From Terriglobia bacterium (GTDB lineage: Bacteria > Acidobacteriota > Terriglobia > 20CM-2-55-15), in contig CBDAOY010000004.1 in NCBI GenBank assembly GCA_965198225.1, positions 192,001 through 256,000 on the forward strand: a DNA stretch of 64,000 nucleotides, written 5' to 3'. The notes under the pieces were generated by a model. The model was not told the DNA's origin. It ran no database searches and worked only from the letters and a program-made list of their open reading frames with translations. How positions within the stretch are numbered: position 1 is the stretch's first letter; each line of letters opens with the position of its first letter. Both the position numbers and the translations under genes were made by a program. This document shows positions 31,228-41,966 of this stretch, piece by piece.

Positions 31228-32454
31228 TCAACGACGGAGGTCGAGGGCGACCAGCGTGTCGTCGTTCCTCACGTAGAGAAACCCATCCGACAGGGCAGGG
31301 TAAGCCCGGACCGTCCCCGGGAGGATCTGAGCCCACACGATCGGCGTGAACTCCTCAGGGGAGGCATCGACCAGGACGAGCTCGCCGCGTTCGCGAACCA
31401 CCACCAGGTGATCGCCAGCGAGCACGATGCTGCCGGCCCCGAATCGATCCACGCTCCATTGGACTTCACCTGTCTGGAACTCGACGGCCCGCAGGCTCGG
31501 GCCGAACTCCTGGCGGCCGTGGTATCCGTAGAGAAAGCCGTCCCTGTAGACGCTGGTCGCGTAGTGGTTCGAAAGGGCGTCGTTGGACGACCAGAGTTCG
31601 GTCAAACGGTCGCCGTCCCACCCCAGCACTCCGGCTCCTGGTCCGTATTCCATCGAGATGAATATCGAATCGTCGATGACCACCGGCGACGCCGCATTGA
31701 TCGATGATGCCGATCGCGACCGCCAGCGCTTTTCGAATGCCACCTTTCCTGTTTCCGGATCGAGTCCCACCAGCCCGTTGCGCGTGAAGAATATCGCGTA
31801 GGAGCGTTCGGCGATCGTCGCTCTGACCGGTGACGAATAGCTGGCCCCGTCGCGGGTCGACGTCCAGAGAACCTCCCCGTCTTTGGCGTCGAAGGCGATG
31901 ATCCCCGCATCCCGGCCGCCGATGTTGGCGATCACCCGGCCGTCTTCGACGAGCGGCGAGCTAGCGGCGCCGAAGAAACCCTTCGGGACGCGGAAACGCC
32001 GCATGGTGTCCACGCTCCAGACCGGCTCGCCTGTTTCCAGCTCGACGGCGTGCAACTGTCCCTGCGCTCCGAAGGTGTAGACCACGCCGTCGACGACCAC
32101 CGGCACGGAGCGCGGCCCTTCATCCCATCCGAAGTCGTCCCGGTACGTCGTCGGATACCCGTATTGCCACAGGCTCTTTCCCGTTTTTCGGTCGAACGCC
32201 TCGACAACCTCGCGATCCGAAACGCGGTGAAACAGGATGATACGTCCGTCGACGACCACGGGCCCGCTCAACCCTTGACCGACCTGCTGCCGCCAGACGA
32301 CCGGAGGGCCGCCCTCGCCCCAGGTTTCCGACAGCTCGGGGCCGCGGTAGACGCCGTTCCGATCGGGACCGAGGAACTGCGGCCAGTCCGCGGCCACGGT
32401 CTCGAGTCCGACGATCAGCGCGATGAGCGTCGATGCAAGTGTCAGGGTTCGCAT
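31228..32454 (-). CDS. PQQ-like beta-propeller protein (BamB-like)
   Basis: Signal peptide then DWPQFLGPDRNG; repeated xxTGxxxW blades. Confidence 0.85.
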   Translation of the reverse strand: MRTLTLASTLIALIVGLETVAADWPQFLGPDRNGVYRGPELSETWGEGGPPVVWRQQVGQGLSGPVVVDGRIILFHRVSDREVVEAFDRKTGKSLWQYGYPTTYRDDFGWDEGPRSVPVVVDGVVYTFGAQGQLHAVELETGEPVWSVDTMRRFRVPKGFFGAASSPLVEDGRVIANIGGRDAGIIAFDAKDGEVLWTSTRDGASYSSPVRATIAERSYAIFFTRNGLVGLDPETGKVAFEKRWRSRSASSINAASPVVIDDSIFISMEYGPGAGVLGWDGDRLTELWSSNDALSNHYATSVYRDGFLYGYHGRQEFGPSLRAVEFQTGEVQWSVDRFGAGSIVLAGDHLVVVRERGELVLVDASPEEFTPIVWAQILPGTVRAYPALSDGFLYVRNDDTLVALDLRR

Positions 32455-32706
32455 TATGAAGTTCGGAACAGTCTACTAGAGAGTTCCGCCACGAGAACGG
32501 ATTTTCTGTTTGTGCGTGGGTCCGCGAGGATTTGTTGCAGAAGCTTTGCCTCATACGATCATGGTTGCATCGCATGAACCGTCTCAAGGGCGGACTGGCG
32601 ACTGTCGGTATGTGCTTGAACATGAGTTGGCGTCTTGATACGGTCGCACTCTCGGCTTGAGTTGACGATCCAGGCTGCCGGCTCGCTTCGCCGATTTGGT
32701 TAACGG

Positions 32707-35700
32707 ATGAGCCTCCACCCGGCAAGACGCGACGAGCCTTTTCGGGCAATCTGCCTGAGACTCCCCGCTTGCCTGTTCCTTCTTTTGTTCCTTTCCGCTG
32801 ATGCCTCATCGCAAAGCACCAACACCGGCTACCAGGGGCTCTCCTACACCGAGCGCGGCACGCTCAATGTGCCCGTGCCCGGCGGCGTCCAGGTCAACAC
32901 CCATAACGGCAATCTCGTCGTGGGGCGCACCCTTTTCTTGATTCCAGGGATCGGGCTGCCGGTTCAATTTCGACTCACCTACAATTCGGATCATCGCCTG
33001 ATCAGCTCGCCGTTCGGATTCGGCTGGAACCTCTCCTACAACATCCGGTACACGCGGGACACGAGTGGCAATGTAGTGATCGTGTGGGGCGACGGGAGGC
33101 AGGATGGGTTTACCTCCAGCGGGGGGACGTTTACCTCTCCTGCCGGAGTGTACGTGACCTTGACGGAGCCAGTGTCCGGGCAACTGGTTTTGACGACAAA
33201 GCACAGCATCAACTTCAACTTTGCCGACAGCAACCATCAGAAGGTCACCTCGATCAGCGACCCGAACGGGAACAACCTGGCCTTCACCTACGGTGCGGGA
33301 CGGCTCACGACCCTCACCGACGCCGGGGGTAGGAGTTACACCCTGAGTTATGCATTTGACGGGAGGTTGATCCAGCTCTTTGACAACTCTGCGATACGAA
33401 CCTACAGCTTCACGTATGACGCCGCTGGCCGGCTCACGGGCATAACGGACCCCCTCGGGAACCTGGAAGCGTTCAGCTACGATCCGGAGAACCTGCTTAC
33501 AGGGGTAACGGACAGGCGTGGAAACTCGGCGACGATCAGCTATATCACACCAGCGGCGAGCCCCAATACCCGGCTGCCTCAGACTATAGCGAAGGCGGGA
33601 AGCACAACGGGCTTTGCTTACGACGGTTCAATCCTGACCACCACGCTCACCGATCCCAATGGTAACGACTGGACGTACGCCTATGACCCCGGCCGCCTGG
33701 TCCGCGTTGCCGACCCCGCAGGAAATTCCACCGACTTCACCTGGGACGGCAACAACAATCCCTTGACTCAGACGGATCGGAACGGGAACACGTCGACCTT
33801 TGCCTACGATGCGCTGGGGAACGTCCTTACCCGGATGGATGCTCTGGGTAACACGAGCACGTTGACATACGAACCCAGCTTCAACCGGCTGCTGACTTTT
33901 ACCGATCGCACCGGTCACACCTGGAACCATGCATACGATGCCGGCGGCAACGGGACCGGAAGCACCGATCCTCTGGGAAACTCCATTGCCCGGACCTATG
34001 ATGCCGCGGGGCAGATGACGGCGCGGACGGATCGAAGAGGTAACACCACCACTTTCGGTTACGACGCGAACGGAAACCTCAGCCGCGTGACCGACCCTCT
34101 CAATAATCTGACGCAGTTCACCTATGACGCGGGCAGCCGCCTCACGCAGACGACGAATGCCGTGGGCGACGTGACGTCATTCGTCTACGACTCTCTGGAC
34201 CGGCTGACCACAATCACGGACGCCCTAGGGAACAATGATTCTCGGACCTACGATGCCAACGGAAATTTGACCACCTACACCGACTTCCGGAGCAACAGCT
34301 GGACGCGGATCTATGGTGCCTTGAACCGTGAGACCGGCCGGGCCAACCCCACGGGAGGCAACTGGGCGTACGCCTATGACCCGGCGGGCAACCGGATCAC
34401 GCATACCGACGCCAAGGGTCAGGTGACGACCAACACGTTTGATTCCCTCAACCGCCTCGCGGGGCAGGCGTTCGACGATGCCACTGCCGCGACGTACACC
34501 TACGATCCCGTCGGCAACTTGCTCAACGCCGCGGATGCAGGCAGCGACTACGACTACACCTACGACGCCCTGAACCGCACGGCGCAGTTTACCGACAACG
34601 GCTTCACCAAGTCGGTCCTCTACGCCTACGACGCCGTGGGAAGACTCGTTTCCAAGACAGGTCCTGAAGGCGACGTCGCGACCTCCGTCTACGATGCGGC
34701 TGGCCGCCCCGTTACGTTCACCGATCCCACAGGCATCTCCACGATGACTTACGATGCGGAGGGGAACCGCTTGACGGACGCAAGACCCAACGGGGTCACG
34801 ACCACCTCGACCTACGATGCCAACGACCGGCAACTCTCCACGTCCCATGCCAACCTCGGCGGAGCGCTCCAGAGTTTTGCCTACACTCGCGACGGTGCTG
34901 GAAGGGTGACCCAGACGACCCGGGAGACCGGCGAAGTGATCGGCTATACGTACGACGATGCAAGCCGAGTGACTCTGGAGACAGGCGGGCAGGGGGCCCA
35001 GGCCTACAGCCGCACCCAGGAGTTCGACGCCAACGGCAACCGCACGCGCCTGGTCCACACGACGTCCTTCGGCACTTCCGATCAATTTTTCGCTTACGAC
35101 GCCGCCAATCGCGACAGCAACCCTCAGTTTCAGCACGACGCCAACGGCAGCCGGACCGGCGTCTTCGGAAATATCTTTATCTATGACGCCCGCAACCGGC
35201 TCGCTCGCCCGGCAGACCGTAGCACCTACACCTACGACGTCTTCAACCGTTTGATCGCTATCAACAGTCCCTTCAGCGGAACGAAGCGGATCATGTACGG
35301 GAGCAACACAGTGAGCTTGATAGACGCCAACGGCGAGGTGAGGAGGTATGTAGAAGAGGTTCCGTGGGAACGGGAGAGAGCGGTGTTGTTTGCCAGAGGA
35401 GAGGAGTTAGACGAAGCACGTGCGACGGCTCAAGTTATTGACGTGATACTCCCTCTCTTTGGAGCATTCGTTTTGTCCGCACTTGAGGACCATGCTGGTA
35501 GTGTGGCTGAGTTCGAGGCAGACAGGCACTTGCTCAAGAGTTGTCTAACCGAGACCGGTAACACTCAGATCCACACCGGCGACAACCGGGGAGCGGACCT
35601 GCGCTACTCCGCCGGCACCGATGGCATCGGCGCTCGGACCGACGCCGGCACGGTGCACGCCGATGGCGGCACCCGCGGCATCGACCTCCAGTTCGGCAAC

Positions 35701-35916
35701 ATCTCGGAATTTGTGAGTCTCGAGCCCGGCCAGGCGGAGGATTCCGGTAATAGTTTCGTCATCGAGATCGACGGAGCAGTCCTGGATTTCAGCAAGTACG
35801 TGCTGAACCCTGGCGTGACAGAGGGTAATAGCGGAGATTGGCCAGCTTGGGTTCAAGAAGAAACCGGTGGCCATGAAGGTGGACGTATTATTCCGGTGAG
35901 AGGGGATCCGAACTAA
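32707..35916 (+). CDS. RHS/YD-repeat protein with signal peptide, DUF6531-like head and atypical C-terminus
   Basis: VNTHNGNL...RLTYNS...FGFGW head; about 30 YDxxGRLxxxTDxxG repeats; no canonical RYYDP/GRF/DPxG core. Confidence 0.88.
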   Translation: MSLHPARRDEPFRAICLRLPACLFLLLFLSADASSQSTNTGYQGLSYTERGTLNVPVPGGVQVNTHNGNLVVGRTLFLIPGIGLPVQFRLTYNSDHRLISSPFGFGWNLSYNIRYTRDTSGNVVIVWGDGRQDGFTSSGGTFTSPAGVYVTLTEPVSGQLVLTTKHSINFNFADSNHQKVTSISDPNGNNLAFTYGAGRLTTLTDAGGRSYTLSYAFDGRLIQLFDNSAIRTYSFTYDAAGRLTGITDPLGNLEAFSYDPENLLTGVTDRRGNSATISYITPAASPNTRLPQTIAKAGSTTGFAYDGSILTTTLTDPNGNDWTYAYDPGRLVRVADPAGNSTDFTWDGNNNPLTQTDRNGNTSTFAYDALGNVLTRMDALGNTSTLTYEPSFNRLLTFTDRTGHTWNHAYDAGGNGTGSTDPLGNSIARTYDAAGQMTARTDRRGNTTTFGYDANGNLSRVTDPLNNLTQFTYDAGSRLTQTTNAVGDVTSFVYDSLDRLTTITDALGNNDSRTYDANGNLTTYTDFRSNSWTRIYGALNRETGRANPTGGNWAYAYDPAGNRITHTDAKGQVTTNTFDSLNRLAGQAFDDATAATYTYDPVGNLLNAADAGSDYDYTYDALNRTAQFTDNGFTKSVLYAYDAVGRLVSKTGPEGDVATSVYDAAGRPVTFTDPTGISTMTYDAEGNRLTDARPNGVTTTSTYDANDRQLSTSHANLGGALQSFAYTRDGAGRVTQTTRETGEVIGYTYDDASRVTLETGGQGAQAYSRTQEFDANGNRTRLVHTTSFGTSDQFFAYDAANRDSNPQFQHDANGSRTGVFGNIFIYDARNRLARPADRSTYTYDVFNRLIAINSPFSGTKRIMYGSNTVSLIDANGEVRRYVEEVPWERERAVLFARGEELDEARATAQVIDVILPLFGAFVLSALEDHAGSVAEFEADRHLLKSCLTETGNTQIHTGDNRGADLRYSAGTDGIGARTDAGTVHADGGTRGIDLQFGNISEFVSLEPGQAEDSGNSFVIEIDGAVLDFSKYVLNPGVTEGNSGDWPAWVQEETGGHEGGRIIPVRGDPN

Positions 35917-35944
35917 CCATAGCCAGAAAAAAAGTGCTAACTAA

Positions 35945-38900
35945 GTGCTAACCAATAGTCGCCGGCAAGAGAGAGTCCTGTTCTCATTGCTCCTTGTTTT
36001 CCTTACTACTCCCGCTTTTGCGGGTCAGGGGAGCAATCTGGGCAGTTTCGCCACCAATTTTTCTCCGGCGGTGGTCACCGGGCAGGTGACCAGCGGGGGA
36101 GCTCCGGTGGCCGGTGTGAGTGTCTCCACCATCGCCGGTCATTCGACTACGACGGATGGCGCTGGCGACTATACCCTGCATTTGGACGCCCCCGGGATCT
36201 ACAGCGTAACGGCCCAGACTGCCGCGGAGGTGGCGACGGGGACGGTGGATGTGGCGTTAGGTGCGACGACGACGTTGAACGCCCCCGGGATCTACAGCGT
36301 AACGGCCCAGACTGCCGCGGAGGTGGCGACGGGGACCTGCGACGACGACGTTGAACCTGTCGCTTTCGCCCGACCCCGACGGCGATGGGGTGGGCGACAA
36401 CGCGGACAATTGTCCCTCCGTCGCCAACCCCGATCAGGCCGACGCGGACGGTGACGGTATCGGTGATGCTTGCGATCCCTTCCCCGATGATCCAACTAAC
36501 GGCACGCTCAGCGACGCCTTCCTCGATGCCGTCTTTGCGAACGCTAACGTACCCAATCGCGTGTGTCGGGGAGATGGCACTGGTGGCTTCGCATGCAGTG
36601 ATATCAGCCCGGACACGAACGCCAGCCTCGACGTGACGCTGGGCGACCTGAACGGCGATGCCACCCTCGACGCCGTGTTTGCGAATGCTAACGTACCCAA
36701 TCGCGTCTGTCTGGACGATGGCAGCGGCTTTGCCTGCAGTGATGTCAGCCCGGACACGAATTTCAGCCAAAGCGTGGCACTCGGCGACCTTGACGGGGGC
36801 ACCATCCTCGATGCCGTCTTTGCGAATGTCGGCCTGCGCAATCGCGTCTGTCTGGGCGACGGCAGCGGCGGCTTCGCCTGCAGCGATGTCAGCCTGGACA
36901 CGAACAGGAGCGAAGGCTTGGTACTGGGCGACGTGGACGGCGACGCGAACCTCGATGCCGTCTTCGCGAACAATAACGAAGCTAATCGCGTCTGTCTGGG
37001 CGATGGCAGCGGCGGCTTTACCTGCAGCGATGTCAGCCCGGACACGAACAGGAGCCACCGCGTGGCGTTGGGCGATGTGGACGGCGATGCGAACCTCGAT
37101 GCGGTCTTTGCAAATGACAACCCACCCAATCGGGCGTGTTTGGGCGATGGCAGCGGCGGCTTCACCTGCAGTGACGTCAGCCCGGACCCGAACGGCAGCT
37201 TCGGCGTGGCGCTGGGCGACGTGGACGGGGACGCGAACCTCGATGCTGTCTTTGCGAATAGAACCTCCAACTTACCTAATCGGGTGTGTCTGGGCGATGG
37301 CAGCGGCGGCTTCACCTGCAGCGATGTCAGTGCGGACACGAACACCAGCTTCGGCGTGGGACTGAGCGACGTGGACGGCGATGGCAAGCTCGACGCTGTC
37401 TTCGCAAATACGGAGCAACGCGATCGCGTGTGCCTGGGAGATGGCGTGGGCGGCTTTACCTGCGGCGATGTCAGTGCGGAGACGAACGCCAGTTGGGCGG
37501 TCGCGCTGGGCACGCTGGGTCCCCCTCCCGATGGTGATGACGACGGCGCGGTGGATGCCGTGGACAACTGTCCGGCCATCGCCAATCCGGACCAGGCCGA
37601 CGGCGACGGCGACGGTTTGGGCGATGTCTGTGACCCCTTCCCAAGCGATCCGGCCAACGACGTGGATGGTGATGGGTTAGGCGCCTTTGTGGACAACTGC
37701 CCGGCTATCGCCAACCCCGATCAAGCGGACGCGGACGGCGACGGTTTGGGCGATGTCTGCGATCCCTTCCCCGGCGATCCGGCTAACGACGCGGACGGTG
37801 ATGGGGCAGGCGGTGACGTCGACAACTGCCCGGCCATTGCCAACCCGGACCAGGCTGATGTGGACACCGACGGTGTGGGTGACGTTTGCGATGCGTTCCC
37901 AAACGATCCCGCTAACGGTGCGGGCGGCGACGGCTTCCTCGATATTGTCTTTGGGAACGACAGCCAACCCAATCTCGCGTGCTTCGGCAATGGCGGCGGC
38001 GCATTTGCGTGCAGTGACGTCAGCTCGGAGACAAAAACCAGCTTCGGTGTCGCGCTCGCCGACCTGAACGGCGATGCCATCCTCGACGCTGCCTTCGCGA
38101 ATATCAACCGACCGAATCGCGTGTGTCTGGGCGATGTCACCGGTGGGTTTGCCTGTAGCGATGTCAGCTCGGACGCTAATGACAGCCGCGGCGTGGCGCT
38201 GGGCGACGTGGACGGCGACACTTTCATCGATGCTGTCTTTACGAATATCAACCAGCCGAATCGCGTGTGTCTGGGCGACGGCACCGGCGGTTTTGTCTCG
38301 TGCAGCGATGTCAGTTCGGACGCGAACACCAGCACGGGCGTGGCGCTGGGGGACGTGGATGGCGATGCCGTCCTCGATGCCGTCTTTGCGAACAGCGTCC
38401 AGCCCAATCGCGTGTGCTTGACCGATGGCGTCGGCGGCTTTGCGTGCAGCGATATAAGCCCGGGTGCGAAGGGTAGCCGCGGTGTAGCGCTGGGTGACGT
38501 GAACGGCGATGCCGTCCTCGATGCTGTCTTTGCGAATTTCAACCAGCCCGATCAGGTGTGTCTGGGCAATGGCAGCGGCGGCTTTACGTGCAGCGATGTC
38601 AGTTCGGGTGTGGATGCCAGCACAGGTGTGGCGCTGGGCGACGTGAACGGCGATGCCATCCTCGACGCTGTCTTTGCGAATTTCCACCAACCAAATCAGG
38701 CGTGTCTCGGCGACGGCAGTGGTGGCTTTGCGTCGTGCAGTGATGTCAGCCCGGTTGCGAAGGGTAGCCGCAGCGTGGCGCTGGGGGACGTGGACGGCGA
38801 TGCCAACATGGATGCTGTATTTGCGAATTTCAGCCGACCCAATGATGTGTGTCTGAGCACCAATCGTGTGTGTTTGGGCGATGGCGCTGGCGGCTTTGTG

Positions 38901-41217
38901 TCGTGCAGTGAAGTCGTACCGGACACGAGCCCCAGCGGATCCGAGTTCCCCAGCGTAGACGTGGCGCTGGGTACGCTGGGCGCTGCTCCCAGTGATGCTG
39001 ATGACGACGGCGTGGACGGTGCCGTTGACAACTGCCCGTTTGATGCCAACCCGAACCAGGTCGACGCCGACGGCGACGGCGTTGGCGACGTTTGCGATAA
39101 CGCTCCCAACACTCCCAACCCGGGCCAGGCGGATGGTGACGCGGACGGCATCTTTGCGACGTGATGGCGCGGGCGGCTTTGCAGCTCGGACACGAACAAC
39201 TGCCCGGTGGGCAACGGCGGCGATGCTTGCGAACCCGGATCAGGCGGATGCGGACGGCGACGGGGCGGGCAACGTCTGCGATGGCTTCCCCAACGATCCG
39301 ACCGACGATGCGGACAGTGATGCCACCCTGGATGCGGTCTTCGCGAATGTCGGTCAACCCAGCCGGGTGTGTGAGAGCGCCGGCGCCGGTGGCTTTACCT
39401 GTAGCGATGTCAGCCTGGATGTGAATGACAGTGTCGATGTGGCGCTGGGGGACGTGAACGGCGACACCTTCCTCGATGCAGTCATCGCGAACGACAGCCA
39501 GCCCAATCGTGTGTGTCTGGGTGATAGCAGCGGGGGCTTCAGCTCGTGCAGCGATGTCAGCCCGGACGGGAACTTCAGCTTCGGTGTGGCGCTGGGGGAC
39601 GTGAACCGCGACGGCGCGGTCGATGCGGTCATTGCGAATGCGACGCAACCCGATCGTGTGTGTCTGGGCGACGGTGCCGGCGGCTTCGTGTGTGGTGATG
39701 TCAGCTCGGATACGAACAACAGCAACGGTGTGGCGTTGGGGGACGTGAACGGCGACACCTTCCTGGACGCCGTCTTGGCGAGCTTTCCCAATCGTGTGTG
39801 TTTGGGCGATGGCGCCGGCGGCTTCGCGTGCGGTGATGCCAGCTCGGATACGAACAGCAGCAACGGTGTAGCGCTGGGCGACGTGGACGGCGATACCATT
39901 CTCGATGCTGTCTTTGCCAATCAAAACCAGCCCAATCGAGTGTGTCTGGGGGATGGCGCGGGCGGCTTTGCGTGCAGTGATGTGAGCTCGGACACGAACG
40001 TCAGCCTCGGCGTGGGGCTGGGCGATGTGAACAACGACACCATCTTTGATGCTGTCTTCGTGAATGACCGCCAACCCAATCGCGTGTGTCTGGGCAACGG
40101 CGCCGGCGGGTTTACCTGCAGTGATGTCAGCCCGGATGCGAGCGCCGGCCGCAGCGTGGCGCTGGGCAGGTTGGGTGCCAACGTGGACAACTGTCCGGCC
40201 ATCGCCAACCCGGATCAGGCGGATGCGGACGGCGACGGCGTGGGCGATGTCTGCGACAACGATGTCGTCCTCGGCACTGGCGGCGGGACAGTTACGGATC
40301 CGGCTGGCTCGGGTGCTACCTTTAGCGTGGGCGCTGGTGTCCTGCCAGGGAACACCCAAGTGTTCATCGACGTGATTCCTGATCCTGGCGTCTCGACGCC
40401 ACCAGGGTTCATCGGACCGGCAACGCTGTTTGTGAACTTTACCCTGGTCCCGAACCCCAGTTCCTTGCCTCCTCCGGGAGCGACCATCACACTGCCCCTT
40501 GCCTTTCCGCTTCCCGACGGGACTCCCGTGCCGCTGTTCGAATTCGACCCGCCGACGGGCACGTTGATCGATACAGGGATCGTCGGATCAGTGGATCCGA
40601 GCACTAGCACCGCCACCTTCAGCGGCGTCACTGATTTCTCCGTGTTCGTCGGCCTTGCGGGGTTTGTGCCTTTCTCCGCCTTCGATCCCGAAGTTGAAAT
40701 CGATGACGATGAACTTGAAGTGAAAGGCAGTTTCACTCTCGGGACTGGGAGTGACGGCATCGATCCGATCAACGAAGTTGTCACCATTGAAGTGGGGGCC
40801 TTCAGCGCGACGATCCCGGCGGGCTCATTTGAATCGGACGGTTCCGGACCCTTTGGAGCGGCCGAGTTCGAAGGTGTCATCGACGGCGTGAGAATGAAGT
40901 TCGAGATTCGAAAGGGCGGGGGCGACAGCTTCGGGTTCGAGGTCGAGGGGAAAGATACGGATCTGGGCGGGACCGTCAATCCCGTAGAAATCATACTCAT
41001 CATCGGCGATGACAGGGGAAGTGGAAGCGTCAGCGCCGAGATCGACCTCAAGTCTGAGAAATCCGACAAGTCCGACAAGTCCGACAAATCGGACAAGTCT
41101 GCCAAGTCGGACAAGTCTGCTAAGTCTGGCAAGTCCGGCAAGTCGACCAAATCTGGCAAATCGGGCAAGTCTGGCAAGTCTGGCAAGTCGGGAAAATCCG
41201 GCAAGTCTGGCCAATAG
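35945..41217 (+). pseudogene. Large secreted protein (carboxypeptidase-regulatory-like domain, three FG-GAP blocks, TSP3 repeats, KSx tail) split into three ORFs
   Basis: ORFs 35945-36454, 36351-39164 and 38992-41217. Removing the duplicated 36281-36356 fuses the first two; second break at about 39141-39235. Repeats VALGDVDGDxxLDAVFAN...NRVCLGDG and DNCPxxANPDQADADGDG. Confidence 0.85.
41050..41211 (+). repeat. 18 x 9-bp coding tandem repeat (Lys-Ser-X)
   Basis: AAR TCN NNN units encoding KSE KSD...KSG. Confidence 0.95.
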
Positions 41218-41323
41218 AAATCTGTCTCGAATTGTCGTTGATTGATCGCGAGTTGATCGCGCTCCAGGAGCCGGGGCGGGACAGTAATGGACAATCCGAA
41301 GAACTGACGGAAAGAGCCGAGCC

Positions 41324-41612
41324 TTAACCTTTAGGTTTTTCCACTTCTTGAGCCCCGTGCCAAACGGCAACAATCCAAGCCGTGTTCTTCTCGACGCGAT
41401 AGAAGAAACGGTATGGGCTGATCACTACTTCGCGGTGGGGCAGCTCGGGAGATTCTGGCAGCACCCGGCCGGAATCGGTATTTCTCGAGTCGTCTCAAGA
41501 TCCGTTCGGCTCGGTCGCGAAACTTCCTCGCGGCTCCGGGCTTGTCCTTTTGGATGTAGGCCAGTCCTTCGAGAAACTGACGCCGTGCCGAGGGCGTAAA
41601 GCGGATTCTCAC
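41324..41612 (-). pseudogene. RelE/ParE-family toxin, frameshifted
   Basis: MRIRFTPSARRQF...RLEKY; the C-terminal half (DSGRVLPE...PYRFFYRVE...WIVAVWHG) is in another frame after about 41477. Confidence 0.8.
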
Positions 41613-41614
41613 AG

Positions 41615-41890
41615 CTACCCATTCTTGAGCAATCTATCCGCGTCCCGCAGAACACTGTCAAGGGAATGCCCCTTACCTTCCCCCACCTCCTTCTCGCCCT
41701 GAGCCAGTAGACGAAGCAGTTCATTCTCTCTCTGGGAACGCTCGTAGGCCTCGACACTGAGCAGGACGGCCGTTGCTCGTCCTCGCTGCGTGATTACGCA
41801 GGGCTCATCAGAGTTTTGGATCTCGTCTAACAGAGACGCGGCATCCTGCCGGAGATCAGTGATCGGTACGATCTTGGGAACCCTAGCCAT
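41615..41890 (-). CDS. Phd/YefM-family antitoxin
   Basis: IVPITDLRQDAASLL...PCVITQRGRATAVLLSVEAYE; GGAGG RBS; directly upstream of the toxin. Confidence 0.9.
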   Translation of the reverse strand: MARVPKIVPITDLRQDAASLLDEIQNSDEPCVITQRGRATAVLLSVEAYERSQRENELLRLLAQGEKEVGEGKGHSLDSVLRDADRLLKNG

Positions 41891-41891
41891 G

Positions 41892-41919
41892 GTACCTCCA
41901 AACGTACCTCTAATAGTAC
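41892..41919. promoter_or_regulatory. Putative TA autorepression operator
   Basis: Three GTAC palindromes at 12-bp spacing (41892, 41904, 41916) overlapping a TACTAT -10 box and the RBS. Confidence 0.55.
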
Positions 41920-41966
41920 GCTCGACAGGTCTTCAGGGCCAAGGCCAGTTAGATTTTGAAGGTCGC

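Noticed and set aside
35932-35952. AAGTGCTAAC direct repeat at the FG-GAP gene start
   Set aside because: Single occurrence; cannot be told apart from a small slippage duplication.
36351-40260. DGR template/variable repeat pair
   Set aside because: No reverse transcriptase in the window, and differences between repeats are not adenine-specific.
36434-41294. Long antisense ORFs over repeat genes (also 4939-6069, 11305-12600, 62166-63308)
   Set aside because: Shadow ORFs expected in GC-rich coding DNA; no independent motifs.
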